From positions 1 to 40,000 of the forward strand of contig CAYOKR010000006.1 in assembly GCA_964404625.1 (NCBI GenBank): DNA of 40,000 nt, given 5' to 3'. This document shows positions 27,318 through 36,671 of the stretch, piece by piece. A program made the position numbers and the translations under genes. Within the stretch, counting starts at the first letter, position 1. Each line of letters starts with the position of its first letter. The notes below the pieces were generated by a model. That model did not search any database and was not told where the DNA came from. It saw nothing but the letters and a program-made list of their open reading frames with translations. This DNA is from an uncultured Oscillospiraceae bacterium (GTDB lineage Bacteria > Bacillota > Clostridia > Christensenellales > CAG-314).

Positions 27318-29288
27318 TTAATATTTATCCATTGTTTTGAGAAAATCGGCAAAATTTTGGTAGTTTGTTTGCAATGGTGTATTTGTCCACATTGCAAAAG
27401 ATTTTGCGCCCTGATGATAGAGCATTTGCAAACCGTCCACGACTTTGATACCACGATTTTGCGCCTTTTGACGTAATCCGCTTGTGCCGTTGTAGGCGGA
27501 AATAAACACGAATTTGCAACTATCAGGCAAAGTTAGTTTTTTTTCGAAATCGCATTCGGGAACAAACGTCAAAATGCCGTAGGGGTTGTCGATATTGGTT
27601 GAAAGATTGTATTTTTCCGTTAGTGTTTGCGCTTTTTGTTGAGTGCGGTTGATAATTAGAATATCGCACTTGCCCAATAATTGTCGAATCGTTGCTTCCG
27701 CTCCACCACCTGCGCCGACAATCCAAATGGGTTTGCCTACTATATCTATGCCGTTTTCTTTTAGTGCGGTTTCTACACCATAACCGTCGGTGGACGTTGG
27801 CGCAATGTTTTTGCCAATGGTGTTGACGGACGGAATATCTGCATTGAGTAACGTTGCAACGCGATTTTTGAAAGGTAAAGTGACGTTTACACCGTCGTAG
27901 TTAGATAAAACATCCAAAAGTTGGTCGTCGGTTGCAGTTTGCGGAAGATTTACGGCATCGTAACTGCAACAAACGTCCTTTTGTTTTGCCAAGAATAGAT
28001 GCAAGATGGGGGAAAGACTATTTTTTACGTTTTTCCCGATAACACAAAACTTTTTGGGCGCTACACCAATCGCTTGCAAAAAATTAGGAAACGACACACC
28101 AACGGGAAAACTATCGACACTACCGCCACCGCTTGCAAGGGACATAACTGCACCGCACATTGCCATGCGATGATCGTCAAAAACGTGAAAATGCGGTTTA
28201 GTAGGTAAAATTCCGTTGGAAACTATCGTGAGATTGTTGTCATTGAAATGCGCAGTTTGTCCGCATGCCGTTGCCATATCAATTATTGCTTGGATGCGAT
28301 TGCACTCTTTGTATTGCAGTTCGCTAACACATTCAAAACGATGTTCGCCTTTGGTTGCAAGTGCCAAAACGGACAAAATAGGAATTTCGTCAATGGCGTT
28401 TACAACGTCGGTAGCGTTGGCAAAAAGTGGACTAAAATTGCCCTTTTCAACAACGATATCGGCAACCTTTTCGCCTGCAACGTTACGTACATTTTTGGTA
28501 TAAACGTTTGCGCCGGCACGTTGCAAAACTGTCAAAAAGCCGATACGTCCTGCATTTATACAAACGTTAGGCAATGTTAGAGTTCGGTCGGCGAGCAATG
28601 CTAACGCGATCAAAAAGCTTGCAGAAGAAATATCGTTTGGTATGGTAACGTCCATTGCGTTGGGAATACTTTTTGTAACCGTGCAATTTGTAATGTTTAC
28701 ACCGCAATGCGTAAGCATATTTTCCGTGTGAGTGCGAGTAGCAATTTGTTCGACGTAACGCGTTGTGCCTTGCGCGAACAGTCCTGCAAACAAAACAGCA
28801 CTTTTGACCTGTGCGGAATTGACTTTCGACGTGATTGTTGTGCCAACAAGATTTGAGGGATGTATTGTGAACAATTCGCCGTCTGCCTGAGTGATATTTG
28901 CGCCCAATTCAGTTAGCGGTTCAATCACCCTTTTCATAGGGCGAGCCATAAGACTTTTATCCCCTACGAACTTTGCCGTTATGCCCAATCCACACACTAC
29001 ACCTGCCAAAAGTCGAGCGGTTGTTCCGCTGTTTTGACAATTTAGCACTACGTTGTCGTTGGGCTTTTTTATTGGATTTATCGTTGCTGTTGTGCCGTCC
29101 ATTTGTACGGTTGCACCCAAAATACGCAAGCAATTTATCGTAGCAAAAACGTCGTCGCAAAGAGATACGTTACGAATTATACTTGTGCCGTTGGCAATAG
29201 CGGAAATTATCAACGCACGATGTGTTAGAGATTTGTCGCCATAGCAAACGGAACTGTCGATATTAAATTGTGAGTTAAAATTTAGCAT
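27318..29288 (-). CDS. aroA: Bifunctional 3-phosphoshikimate 1-carboxyvinyltransferase (EPSP synthase) / shikimate dehydrogenase fusion
   Basis: The N-terminal ~420 aa is EPSPS-like (GDKSLTHRALI, NSGTTARLLAG, DHRMAM). The C-terminal ~230 aa is AroE-like (SLSPILH, VNVTLPFK, VNTI, GAGGGAEA, INRT). Confidence 0.85.
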   Translation of the reverse strand: MLNFNSQFNIDSSVCYGDKSLTHRALIISAIANGTSIIRNVSLCDDVFATINCLRILGATVQMDGTTATINPIKKPNDNVVLNCQNSGTTARLLAGVVCGLGITAKFVGDKSLMARPMKRVIEPLTELGANITQADGELFTIHPSNLVGTTITSKVNSAQVKSAVLFAGLFAQGTTRYVEQIATRTHTENMLTHCGVNITNCTVTKSIPNAMDVTIPNDISSASFLIALALLADRTLTLPNVCINAGRIGFLTVLQRAGANVYTKNVRNVAGEKVADIVVEKGNFSPLFANATDVVNAIDEIPILSVLALATKGEHRFECVSELQYKECNRIQAIIDMATACGQTAHFNDNNLTIVSNGILPTKPHFHVFDDHRMAMCGAVMSLASGGGSVDSFPVGVSFPNFLQAIGVAPKKFCVIGKNVKNSLSPILHLFLAKQKDVCCSYDAVNLPQTATDDQLLDVLSNYDGVNVTLPFKNRVATLLNADIPSVNTIGKNIAPTSTDGYGVETALKENGIDIVGKPIWIVGAGGGAEATIRQLLGKCDILIINRTQQKAQTLTEKYNLSTNIDNPYGILTFVPECDFEKKLTLPDSCKFVFISAYNGTSGLRQKAQNRGIKVVDGLQMLYHQGAKSFAMWTNTPLQTNYQNFADFLKTMDKY

Positions 29289-29410
29289 AGGCGATTATCG
29301 ATTTTGTAGAGAATATATAGGTTTATAATTACTAAAAGAGGCAGTTTACTGCGATTTATGTTGTTAAAGTGTGAGTATTGTAGCAGTTAAAAGCAACTTT
29401 TGTTACAATA

Positions 29411-30319
29411 TCAATTTAGTAGCAGTTGTTTTAGTTGGTCGAGTGAAAGTTGAACGCGGTCGAAGTGCGGGGGCAATACAAAGGTTACGAGGTCGTTGTC
29501 GTTCTTTTTGTCATTTACGGTTTGGGAGATAATTTCTTCCGTCAAATCCGTGCAAATACATGCAACGTCAGCGACTTGTTTTTGCCATTTTGTTAGGTAA
29601 TTTTTATCACAAAGTCCTAATTTGTAAGCAAGGAACGTTTCGTAGTAAATGCCGTTTAGTACCGCCAATCCATGCGGAATACTTAGCGAAAGTTCCATTG
29701 CATGACCGATTGTATGTCCAAAATTAAGTTTTTGACGGACGTTTTGGTCGAACGGATCGATATTGCAAACGGACTGTTTGTAATATGCACATTGCAATAT
29801 GGTATCTTTCAAATTGCCCTTTTCAAAAACGCTATCGATGTTTTTATCCAACATACGATATTTTACTATTTCGCCCATGCCGTTTTGAATTTGAACGTCG
29901 TCTAAAGTTTGCAAAAATGCAAAATCAAGCAAAACGTCACCCTTATAAAAAGTACCAACGGCGTTTTTTACACCGTCAAGGTCGATTGCAGTTTTACCGC
30001 CGATGGACGAATCCACCATAGCAAGTAAGGTTGTGGGGACGTGCAACAGTTTTACACCGCGCTTAAAAATCGAACATGCAAAGCCGACGGTATCGCCGAC
30101 ACTTCCACCGCCAACGGCAACTACCATTTGGTTGCGTTTTAGGTTGCGTTGCAAAAACCAACGGCACAAATCTTGCACTGTTAGAAAGTTTTTTGTCTGT
30201 TCTCCTTGCGGAATATAATAGACGTTTTCGCCGTAGATATTGTACAACTTGGCGATATTTTCGTCCGTTACAACAAGGCAATTTGTGTAGTTTTGCAGAT
30301 TAAAGGTATCAAATTGCAT
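29411..30319 (-). CDS. aroB: 3-dehydroquinate synthase (short form, 302 aa)
   Basis: GGGSVGDTVGFACSIFKRGVKLLHVPTTLLAMVDSSIGGKTAIDL and GHTIGHAME motifs. Confidence 0.85.
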   Translation of the reverse strand: MQFDTFNLQNYTNCLVVTDENIAKLYNIYGENVYYIPQGEQTKNFLTVQDLCRWFLQRNLKRNQMVVAVGGGSVGDTVGFACSIFKRGVKLLHVPTTLLAMVDSSIGGKTAIDLDGVKNAVGTFYKGDVLLDFAFLQTLDDVQIQNGMGEIVKYRMLDKNIDSVFEKGNLKDTILQCAYYKQSVCNIDPFDQNVRQKLNFGHTIGHAMELSLSIPHGLAVLNGIYYETFLAYKLGLCDKNYLTKWQKQVADVACICTDLTEEIISQTVNDKKNDNDLVTFVLPPHFDRVQLSLDQLKQLLLN

Positions 30320-30322
30320 GGT

Positions 30323-31402
30323 TTAATGCGCCTTTTTGAGCAGTTGAGCAGGATTTTGCTCGTACTGTGAAAGTATTTGATTTGTCAAAACGTAGTTGAC
30401 GATATGTTTTGCGATAAATCCAACGTTTGGAACAACGCAGGTATCGGCCCGTTCGTAGTGTTGGGGTACGGTTTGTAAAGTTTGAGTATCGATTGTGTTA
30501 ACACCCTTTACGGTAGGCACGGGCTTGACAATCAAATTGATAACAACGTTTTGCCCTGTTGTTACTCCCCCGACAATACCACCGCAGTTATTTGTTTTGT
30601 AAGATATTTGTCCGTTATCCACTTGCAACTCGTCGTGGCAAGTAACACCGGTTTGCGACGAATATTCCGTGCCGATACCGAACGTTATGCCCTTTACCGA
30701 AGGAATACCCATTAGTTGTGCGGAAAGTTGCGCGTCTAATTTTTTGTCGTATGGAAAAATTTCGCCAATGCCTTCAGGTACTTTTGCCATTACGCACACC
30801 ACTCCGCCAAGACTGTCGCCAAGCGTTTTTGCGCTGTCGATTTGCAAAACCATTTGCTTTGCGGTATTACTATCGGGACAAGGGAAAAACTCCGTATCAA
30901 ATTGGTTGACGTCGCCCGTCCACTGCGGTGTATCATCGATACAAACGTCGCCTATTTGACGTACAAAGTAGGTTGTGCAAATATCAAACTCCTTTAGAAT
31001 TTGCTCGCAAATGCACCCCAAAACCACGTAGCAAAGGGAACTGCGTGCAGAAGCAATTTCCGCAATATCTCGTGAGGTTTTGTCGGGATGACGTATTGTG
31101 CCAACCAAATCGGCATGACCTGTGCGCACAGCCGTGATGTTTGGACGAGTTTCCACACAACTGTTTGCAACGAAGAATTGCAAATCGGTGCCATCGGTTA
31201 CAAACTCCGTTTGGTTTTGATGTCCGTCGAAAGTGACTACGTCGGCAAATTGTTGCCTATCACTGCGCCCCAAACCGCTTTTGCGAGTAGCGAGTGCACT
31301 ATTGATATTGTTGATATTTATCGTTACGCCCTTGGGAATACCACAAATTGTACCGTGGTAGCCAATTCCGTGTGACGTACCGTTGAACGTGAATGTTATC
31401 AT
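30323..31402 (-). CDS. aroC: Chorismate synthase
   Basis: GTSHG (a variant of GESHG), RSSARET-like ASARSS, and GGISNG-like GGIVGGVTTG. Both length and operon context fit. Confidence 0.8.
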   Translation of the reverse strand: MITFTFNGTSHGIGYHGTICGIPKGVTININNINSALATRKSGLGRSDRQQFADVVTFDGHQNQTEFVTDGTDLQFFVANSCVETRPNITAVRTGHADLVGTIRHPDKTSRDIAEIASARSSLCYVVLGCICEQILKEFDICTTYFVRQIGDVCIDDTPQWTGDVNQFDTEFFPCPDSNTAKQMVLQIDSAKTLGDSLGGVVCVMAKVPEGIGEIFPYDKKLDAQLSAQLMGIPSVKGITFGIGTEYSSQTGVTCHDELQVDNGQISYKTNNCGGIVGGVTTGQNVVINLIVKPVPTVKGVNTIDTQTLQTVPQHYERADTCVVPNVGFIAKHIVNYVLTNQILSQYEQNPAQLLKKAH

Positions 31403-31433
31403 TTTGCTGTTACTTTACTTTTATTTTCTGTTC

Positions 31434-33986
31434 TTATTTCCATTCGCTCGGACACGTGCGGTTCTCTTTGAACCATTGAGTATCTTTTAGCATAGTGACG
31501 TTGTTTGATGCGGTAAGATTTACTCCCAAGTGGTTGCAGGTGAGAGTGATATTTCCGTTGAGAGAGTATGGCACACTCCCCTTACCTAAACTACTATTAA
31601 ACAACGACGTTGCAAAAACTAAATCAGTGTGTTTTGCAAGTCGATTTATTGTCGATTGCGATGGGAAGACGTTTTCAACAGTGGGATTATTTTTGGCATA
31701 TTCGTCACTACCTGTACAACAACAAATACAAACAACTTTAGGTTTGATAACGTTTAGTAACACTTCGTTAGATGAAGTTTGACTGCCGTGGTGACCACCT
31801 TTGAAAAGCACTACTTCCGGCAAAGAATTTGAAGCAACAAGCGATTCTTCACCTGACTTTTCCAAATCTCCTGTAAACAAAAAGTGGTTTACGTTATTTT
31901 CATTTTCGGGATTATCGGGATTGTTAAAATCATAGTTCTCGCCATATTGGTTAATCATCAAACAAACAGAGTTATTATTTTCACCAGAAGAAGCCTTATT
32001 TTTATAAAACTTGGTATACAAAATTTCCATTTCGACATTGTCTGAAAGTTTGATATATCTGCGAGCCCCCGTATCGGTTACCGATTGGTTTGGAAGGTCG
32101 CTTCCATTATTGTTATTCCAACATTCAAGTGCAGTGTAGTGGTTGGTGCCGTTTGCTACTAGTTTATCGCGTTTTCTAAAATAGTCTTTAGAAACCTGTG
32201 ATGTTGTACTATATCCTGAAAAATCTATGATATTTTTGCATTGATACAAATCGAATATTCCGTTTTTATAGTCCACTGTAGGAGATCCATCGCTCCAAGT
32301 TACGTTTCCAACAAAACCGGCAATATGGTCTTCGTGAGCGTGTGTTGCAATTACGTATTCCAAGACTCCGTCTGTACAGTAATTGCTGATATAATTTGCA
32401 ATGGTTGATGCACTATCACGTTTCGATCCTGCATCAATCAAAATATCGGTGTCGCCGGCTTTGATGTAGGTGCAGTCGCCTGTGTATTGGTTGCCAAGTT
32501 CCAAAAAGTGGATTTGTAGGTCTGTTGTATCGACAACTTTGGCGGTATCTACAATTTTGACGCTCTTTTCGTCGGCAGACAAAATACCGTACTTGCCGTA
32601 GTTTGCTTCTTCCGTGTCGTCCATTACGCTAACGATAACCTTTGTTGTGCAAGTTGCGCCATCGAACGTGTAAGACAACTCGACCGATACCTCGCCACCG
32701 GTAGATAAAACTCCGTCGGCAGGGTCGGTGATGACAAAATCGCTAACAACGTGCGACGTTCCGTTGGAAAAATATGCAGTAACAATAATGTCAGCATTGG
32801 TGATTGTGTCGCCAAGAGGGAAGATTACTACGTCTGCTTCGGCTGTTATTTCGGTTAGAATTGGAATTTCTTCTAAAACGTCGATTATAACGTCGCAAGT
32901 TTTGGTCTCGCCGTTGTAGGTGTAGGATATTGTTACCGTTGCTTTTCCTTCGGTTGCAAACGCGGTTTGACTGATAGTAAAATCGGTAACGATTGTTGTG
33001 AGCTCATCAATTTCGACGTTATCGTCTACATAATTATAAGTTGCAGTTACCGTAAAATCGTTGGTCGTGAGAGTATCGCCAACACGGAAATTTTTATTTG
33101 TGAACTCGGCGGAAATGCCCGTTAGTTGCAATGGCTTATCAACAACGATAACGTTTAGCGTTGCCATGTAAGTTTGGTTGTTTTTGTTATAAGAAACTGT
33201 GATAGTTTTTGTGCCTGCTGTGGACGTATCAACGTCGGTGAAAGAATAGTTAGGGGAGTCGATTGTTTCCTTTGTACCGTCGTCATACACTTCTTGCACG
33301 AGCAAATTATCTGCCGAGAAAGTATCCATGACTTCAAGCGGATCACCCACAAAAGCTACAAAAATACTGCTTAATGTTGCAACAACCGATACTTTAACGG
33401 TGGTTTGCAAGCTTTTTTGCGTTGTACCGTCTAAGTAATTATAAGTTATGGTGACGAGTTTTTCGCCTTTAGTAGACGTATCGATACTGCCAAGAGTAAA
33501 GTCGTCGGTAGGTTGTGTTGTGTTGTTATCGTAAATAACGTCAACGGTAAAATCGCTTTTGTTTAACGTGCCATTGATTGCCAAATTGCCACCATTGTAG
33601 ATAGCGGAAATACTAACGGGCAACGGCTTTTCGACAACGGAAATTTTAAGGTCGGCGGTGGCTGTTACGTTCCCTTCGGTATAGGTTACTTGTACGTTTT
33701 TCTCACCGACAGTGGAAGTATCTAATGCCGATACTTGAAAATCGTACACTTGGTAAGTTTGTTCTTCGCCCGTGATGCCGTGCACAAAAGTTGCCGTAAC
33801 CTTAACGTCCGCGTTTTGGATAGTACCGCCAACGCAAATTGGTTCACCGATATATTCGGCGGTTATACTAATTTCGTCTGCCATACCAAGGTATTGTAAA
33901 ATGATATCGCAACCACAAAAGGTAAATAGCGTTACGACGAGAATTGCGATTGCAAAAATGGATTTTAGTGTGCGTGAATATTGCAT
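31434..33986 (-). CDS. Putative lipoprotein with five bacterial Ig-like repeats and a C-terminal ComEC-type metallo-beta-lactamase domain
   Basis: The signal peptide ends in LFTFCGC. Five repeats of about 90 aa share the pattern (I/L)(T/S)A.(Y/F)....(V/L)GDT(L/I)...D..VTA.Y. The MBL motif is THAHEDHIAGF, preceded by IDAGS. The ATG at 33986 has an AGGAG SD. Confidence 0.75.
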   Translation of the reverse strand: MQYSRTLKSIFAIAILVVTLFTFCGCDIILQYLGMADEISITAEYIGEPICVGGTIQNADVKVTATFVHGITGEEQTYQVYDFQVSALDTSTVGEKNVQVTYTEGNVTATADLKISVVEKPLPVSISAIYNGGNLAINGTLNKSDFTVDVIYDNNTTQPTDDFTLGSIDTSTKGEKLVTITYNYLDGTTQKSLQTTVKVSVVATLSSIFVAFVGDPLEVMDTFSADNLLVQEVYDDGTKETIDSPNYSFTDVDTSTAGTKTITVSYNKNNQTYMATLNVIVVDKPLQLTGISAEFTNKNFRVGDTLTTNDFTVTATYNYVDDNVEIDELTTIVTDFTISQTAFATEGKATVTISYTYNGETKTCDVIIDVLEEIPILTEITAEADVVIFPLGDTITNADIIVTAYFSNGTSHVVSDFVITDPADGVLSTGGEVSVELSYTFDGATCTTKVIVSVMDDTEEANYGKYGILSADEKSVKIVDTAKVVDTTDLQIHFLELGNQYTGDCTYIKAGDTDILIDAGSKRDSASTIANYISNYCTDGVLEYVIATHAHEDHIAGFVGNVTWSDGSPTVDYKNGIFDLYQCKNIIDFSGYSTTSQVSKDYFRKRDKLVANGTNHYTALECWNNNNGSDLPNQSVTDTGARRYIKLSDNVEMEILYTKFYKNKASSGENNNSVCLMINQYGENYDFNNPDNPENENNVNHFLFTGDLEKSGEESLVASNSLPEVVLFKGGHHGSQTSSNEVLLNVIKPKVVCICCCTGSDEYAKNNPTVENVFPSQSTINRLAKHTDLVFATSLFNSSLGKGSVPYSLNGNITLTCNHLGVNLTASNNVTMLKDTQWFKENRTCPSEWK

Positions 33987-34089
33987 GTGCGCGCTCCTAT
34001 AAATTACAAGTTTGAGTAACAAATTGTTACAATAGTAAATGTTTTGATAATGAATATTATTTCGTAATTTAATAATTATCTACTATAAG

Positions 34090-34119
34090 ATTATACAACA
34101 AAAGTGATTGGCATTGCAA
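34090..34119 (-). promoter_or_regulatory. Candidate sigma-A promoter (TTGCAA, 18 nt, TATAAT) for the Ig/MBL-aro transcription unit
   Basis: The minus strand has TTGCAA at 34114-34119 and TATAAT at 34090-34095. Confidence 0.4.
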
Positions 34120-34542
34120 GTGGTTACGACAAATTGGACGGAGATTGTTGGAAAAGGGGCGACGTTGCTATACTTGAATTACTGCAACGATAAATATAAA
34201 TGTATTACTGCAATACAACACGATTTCAAAAAATAAACAATCTTGCCGCAGCCCTTACTAAAATAGCAAAGATTGTGAACATAGAAAACAAATCTTGCAA
34301 ATTATTACAACAGAAAAAGGCAAACGGAAGTTCGTCTGCCTCTGGTTGTGTTTTGGGTATTTTAAAATTTTTGAGAGTTTTTTGATATGATAACGGTTGA
34401 GATAATTATCTATTGCCGAACAAACGTTTTTTACTATCGTTAGCGTGAACTATCATCGAAGATTATTGTCGTTTGCATTATCCGTCAATGCAACATTTTG
34501 AATCTTCGCATTGTCACGTTAATTGTTGAAACTATCTAACAA

Positions 34543-35085
34543 TTATTTTTTGAAATAACGGTTGTAAAGTCCCAAAAATGCTCTGCCGTGACGTGCTTCG
34601 TCGCGAGCCATTTCGTGAACGGTATCGTGGATAGCATCCAATCCCAAAGCCTTTGCACGTTTTGCGAGGTCGGTTTTACCCATTGTTGCGCCGTTTTCTG
34701 CCTCAATACGCATTTGAAGGTTCTTTGCGGTACTGTCGGTAATAACTTCGCCGAGAAGTTCGGCAAACTTTGCTGCGTGTTCTGCTTCTTCCCAAGCGGC
34801 TTTTTCCCAATAGAGACCGATTTCCGGATAGCCTTCGCGGTGAGCAACGCGTGCCATTGCAAGGTACATACCAACTTCGGTACATTCGCCGGTAAAGTTA
34901 GCGCGAAGATCGTCAATAATATCTTGCGGAACGCCTTGAGCAACGCCAACAACGTGTTCGGCAGCCCAATTCATATCGCCGGATTGAGCAACAAATTTAG
35001 TTGCAGGTGCCTTACATTGGGGGCAAAAATCGGGGGCGGAGTCACCTTCGTGAACGTAACCGCAAACGGAACATACAAATTTCAT
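34543..35085 (-). CDS. Reverse rubrerythrin (N-terminal rubredoxin-like domain plus ferritin-like diiron domain)
   Basis: [27 protein letters not shown] has CxxC...CxxC at the N-terminus. Diiron ligand motifs follow (E..G.Y, EE.EH, E..H). The ATG at 35085 is preceded by AAGGAGAAA. Confidence 0.85.
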   Translation of the reverse strand: MKFVCSVCGYVHEGDSAPDFCPQCKAPATKFVAQSGDMNWAAEHVVGVAQGVPQDIIDDLRANFTGECTEVGMYLAMARVAHREGYPEIGLYWEKAAWEEAEHAAKFAELLGEVITDSTAKNLQMRIEAENGATMGKTDLAKRAKALGLDAIHDTVHEMARDEARHGRAFLGLYNRYFKK

Positions 35086-35403
35086 AATATTTTTCTCCTT
35101 AAAATAAATATTTTTTTTGTTATTTGATTGGCATTTTGCCAAATTTTAACCTTTAGTAATAAAATTTTGAATAACAACGTTTGATACACTATAAATAGCA
35201 ACCATTTAGACTGCTTGTAGCATATCAATTTTTAGTTGATTTTGTCAAACGAATTTTTTATTTGATTTTGCAACTGTAATTTACAACAATCGTTTGCTAT
35301 AAAATCTCGTAATGCAATCAACGGCTACTTTACAGCACTTTTACCCAACGACGTTTGCAATTTTGTTGACAAAATTAGCAAATTCGCAATACGTGTTAAG
35401 TTT

Positions 35404-35517
35404 TTACTCTTCAACTTCTTCAAAATTGGTGGAATCCACACCGCAAAGTGGGCATTCTTCCGGAGGAACGTCACCTTCGTGGACGTAACCGCATACTGTA
35501 CAAATAAATTTTTTCAT
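35404..35517 (-). CDS. 37-aa rubredoxin-like protein (below the ORF-track size cutoff)
   Basis: Translates to [37 protein letters not shown], with CxxC...CxxC. It is a paralog of the N-terminal domain of the adjacent reverse rubrerythrin. An AAGGAGAA SD lies 7 nt upstream. Confidence 0.8.
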   Translation of the reverse strand: MKKFICTVCGYVHEGDVPPEECPLCGVDSTNFEEVEE

Positions 35518-35703
35518 AGATAGTTCTCCTTGTAGATTTTTTAAGTTAATTGTTTACCAAAAGTAATTTAGATACACGTGACGTTTCCATCTCGCGACTG
35601 TGCATTTATATTTTGTGATATTTCGTTTTGATATCGACTGCTTTTATAATCGGTACGAGTATTCGCCCGCAAATTACTGCAAAAACTCAATACGTATCTA
35701 AAA

Positions 35704-36066
35704 TTATTGTTTTTTGCGACAGTTTTCGCACACACCGTAAAAGGTGATTTGGTAATGGTCGACGCCTTGGATATCATGCGTCAACGTAACGCTACTTTCG
35801 TCGATATCCAAAACGGCACCACAGCAACTGCACATAAAGTGAACGTGTGGGGTTACGCAAGCATCGAAACGTTCCGCACTACCTTCGACGCTAACTTTGA
35901 TAAGACGTCCTGCTTGACACAACTCTGCAAGATTGCGATACACTGTGCCAAGACTGATATTGGGCATTACTTTGCGAACGTTTTCGTACACGTAGGTGGC
36001 GTCGGGATGACATTTTGTTGCATGCACCACTTCGTAGACGGCTTCGCGTTGGGGGGAATATCTCAT
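35704..36066 (-). CDS. perR: Fur-family regulator (PerR-like)
   Basis: YSPQREAVYEVV...HPDATYVYENV...ISLGTVYRNL winged helix. Two CxxC pairs (CSCC.., CENC). The ATG at 36066 has an AAGGAAG SD. The context with rubredoxin and rubrerythrin suggests PerR. Confidence 0.8.
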   Translation of the reverse strand: MRYSPQREAVYEVVHATKCHPDATYVYENVRKVMPNISLGTVYRNLAELCQAGRLIKVSVEGSAERFDACVTPHVHFMCSCCGAVLDIDESSVTLTHDIQGVDHYQITFYGVCENCRKKQ

Positions 36067-36583
36067 TGTTTGCACTTCCTTATTTTGGATTTAAGATTTT
36101 GACGTTTAGTGGATTAGTTTGATAAACTTATTGGTTATTGTTTACGGTAATGATATGCACACTTTTGCGTACATTTTATAAACGTTTTTAGTTGTGCGCG
36201 ATATCACTGGTTTATCGTTTTGCTTCGGTTTATCAGACGCAAGGACTAGTTACTACATGGCAAATAAATAATTATTTTTTGCATTTGTTATCTGCGCCAC
36301 TCATTTACTGTTAGTTTTAGTCTCTCAACACCGCAATTAAATTGATTTATTGCAAATTTTAGTGATAAGTTTTACTACTTATCTTGTGCCTAAATGATAA
36401 CATTTACTATTTAGTTTGTCAAGGCTTTTTACAAAAGTTTTTTGAAAAAATTTTAAAACACAATTAAGCATTAAAAACCAAAAAGCAGGGAGTCCGTTAA
36501 TCTATCGTAATAATAACAAATACACACAGTAAAACTATAATTTGAAAATCAAAAAAAACATATAAATAAATTATAAAAATGTA

Positions 36584-36610
36584 TTGACAGGGGGGGGGTA
36601 ATGTTATAAT
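36584..36610 (+). promoter_or_regulatory. Sigma-A promoter with a G9 homopolymer filling the -35/-10 spacer
   Basis: TTGACA (36584-36589), then G9 (36590-36598), then TAATGT, then TATAAT (36605-36610). The spacer is only 15 nt. The TGT-TATAAT extended -10 is identical to that of the promoter at 37003. Confidence 0.65.
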
Positions 36611-36671
36611 TTTGTTGAAGATAAATTTGGAAAGAATTATCAATCAAAAATATATAAAGAAGAAAAAACTA

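Noticed and set aside
34200-34385. 61-aa plus-strand ORF in the gap upstream of the Ig/MBL gene
   Set aside because: It has no SD, no motifs and an isolated plus-strand orientation. The region is better explained as the promoter/leader of the minus-strand gene and the rubrerythrin 3' region.
36266-36277. Perfect palindrome AAATAATTATTT as a possible PerR/Fur box
   Set aside because: It sits about 190 nt upstream of the perR start. Its composition is pure A/T in very AT-rich DNA, and it only loosely resembles the 7-1-7 Fur-family box. It is not distinguishable from chance without a genome-derived matrix.
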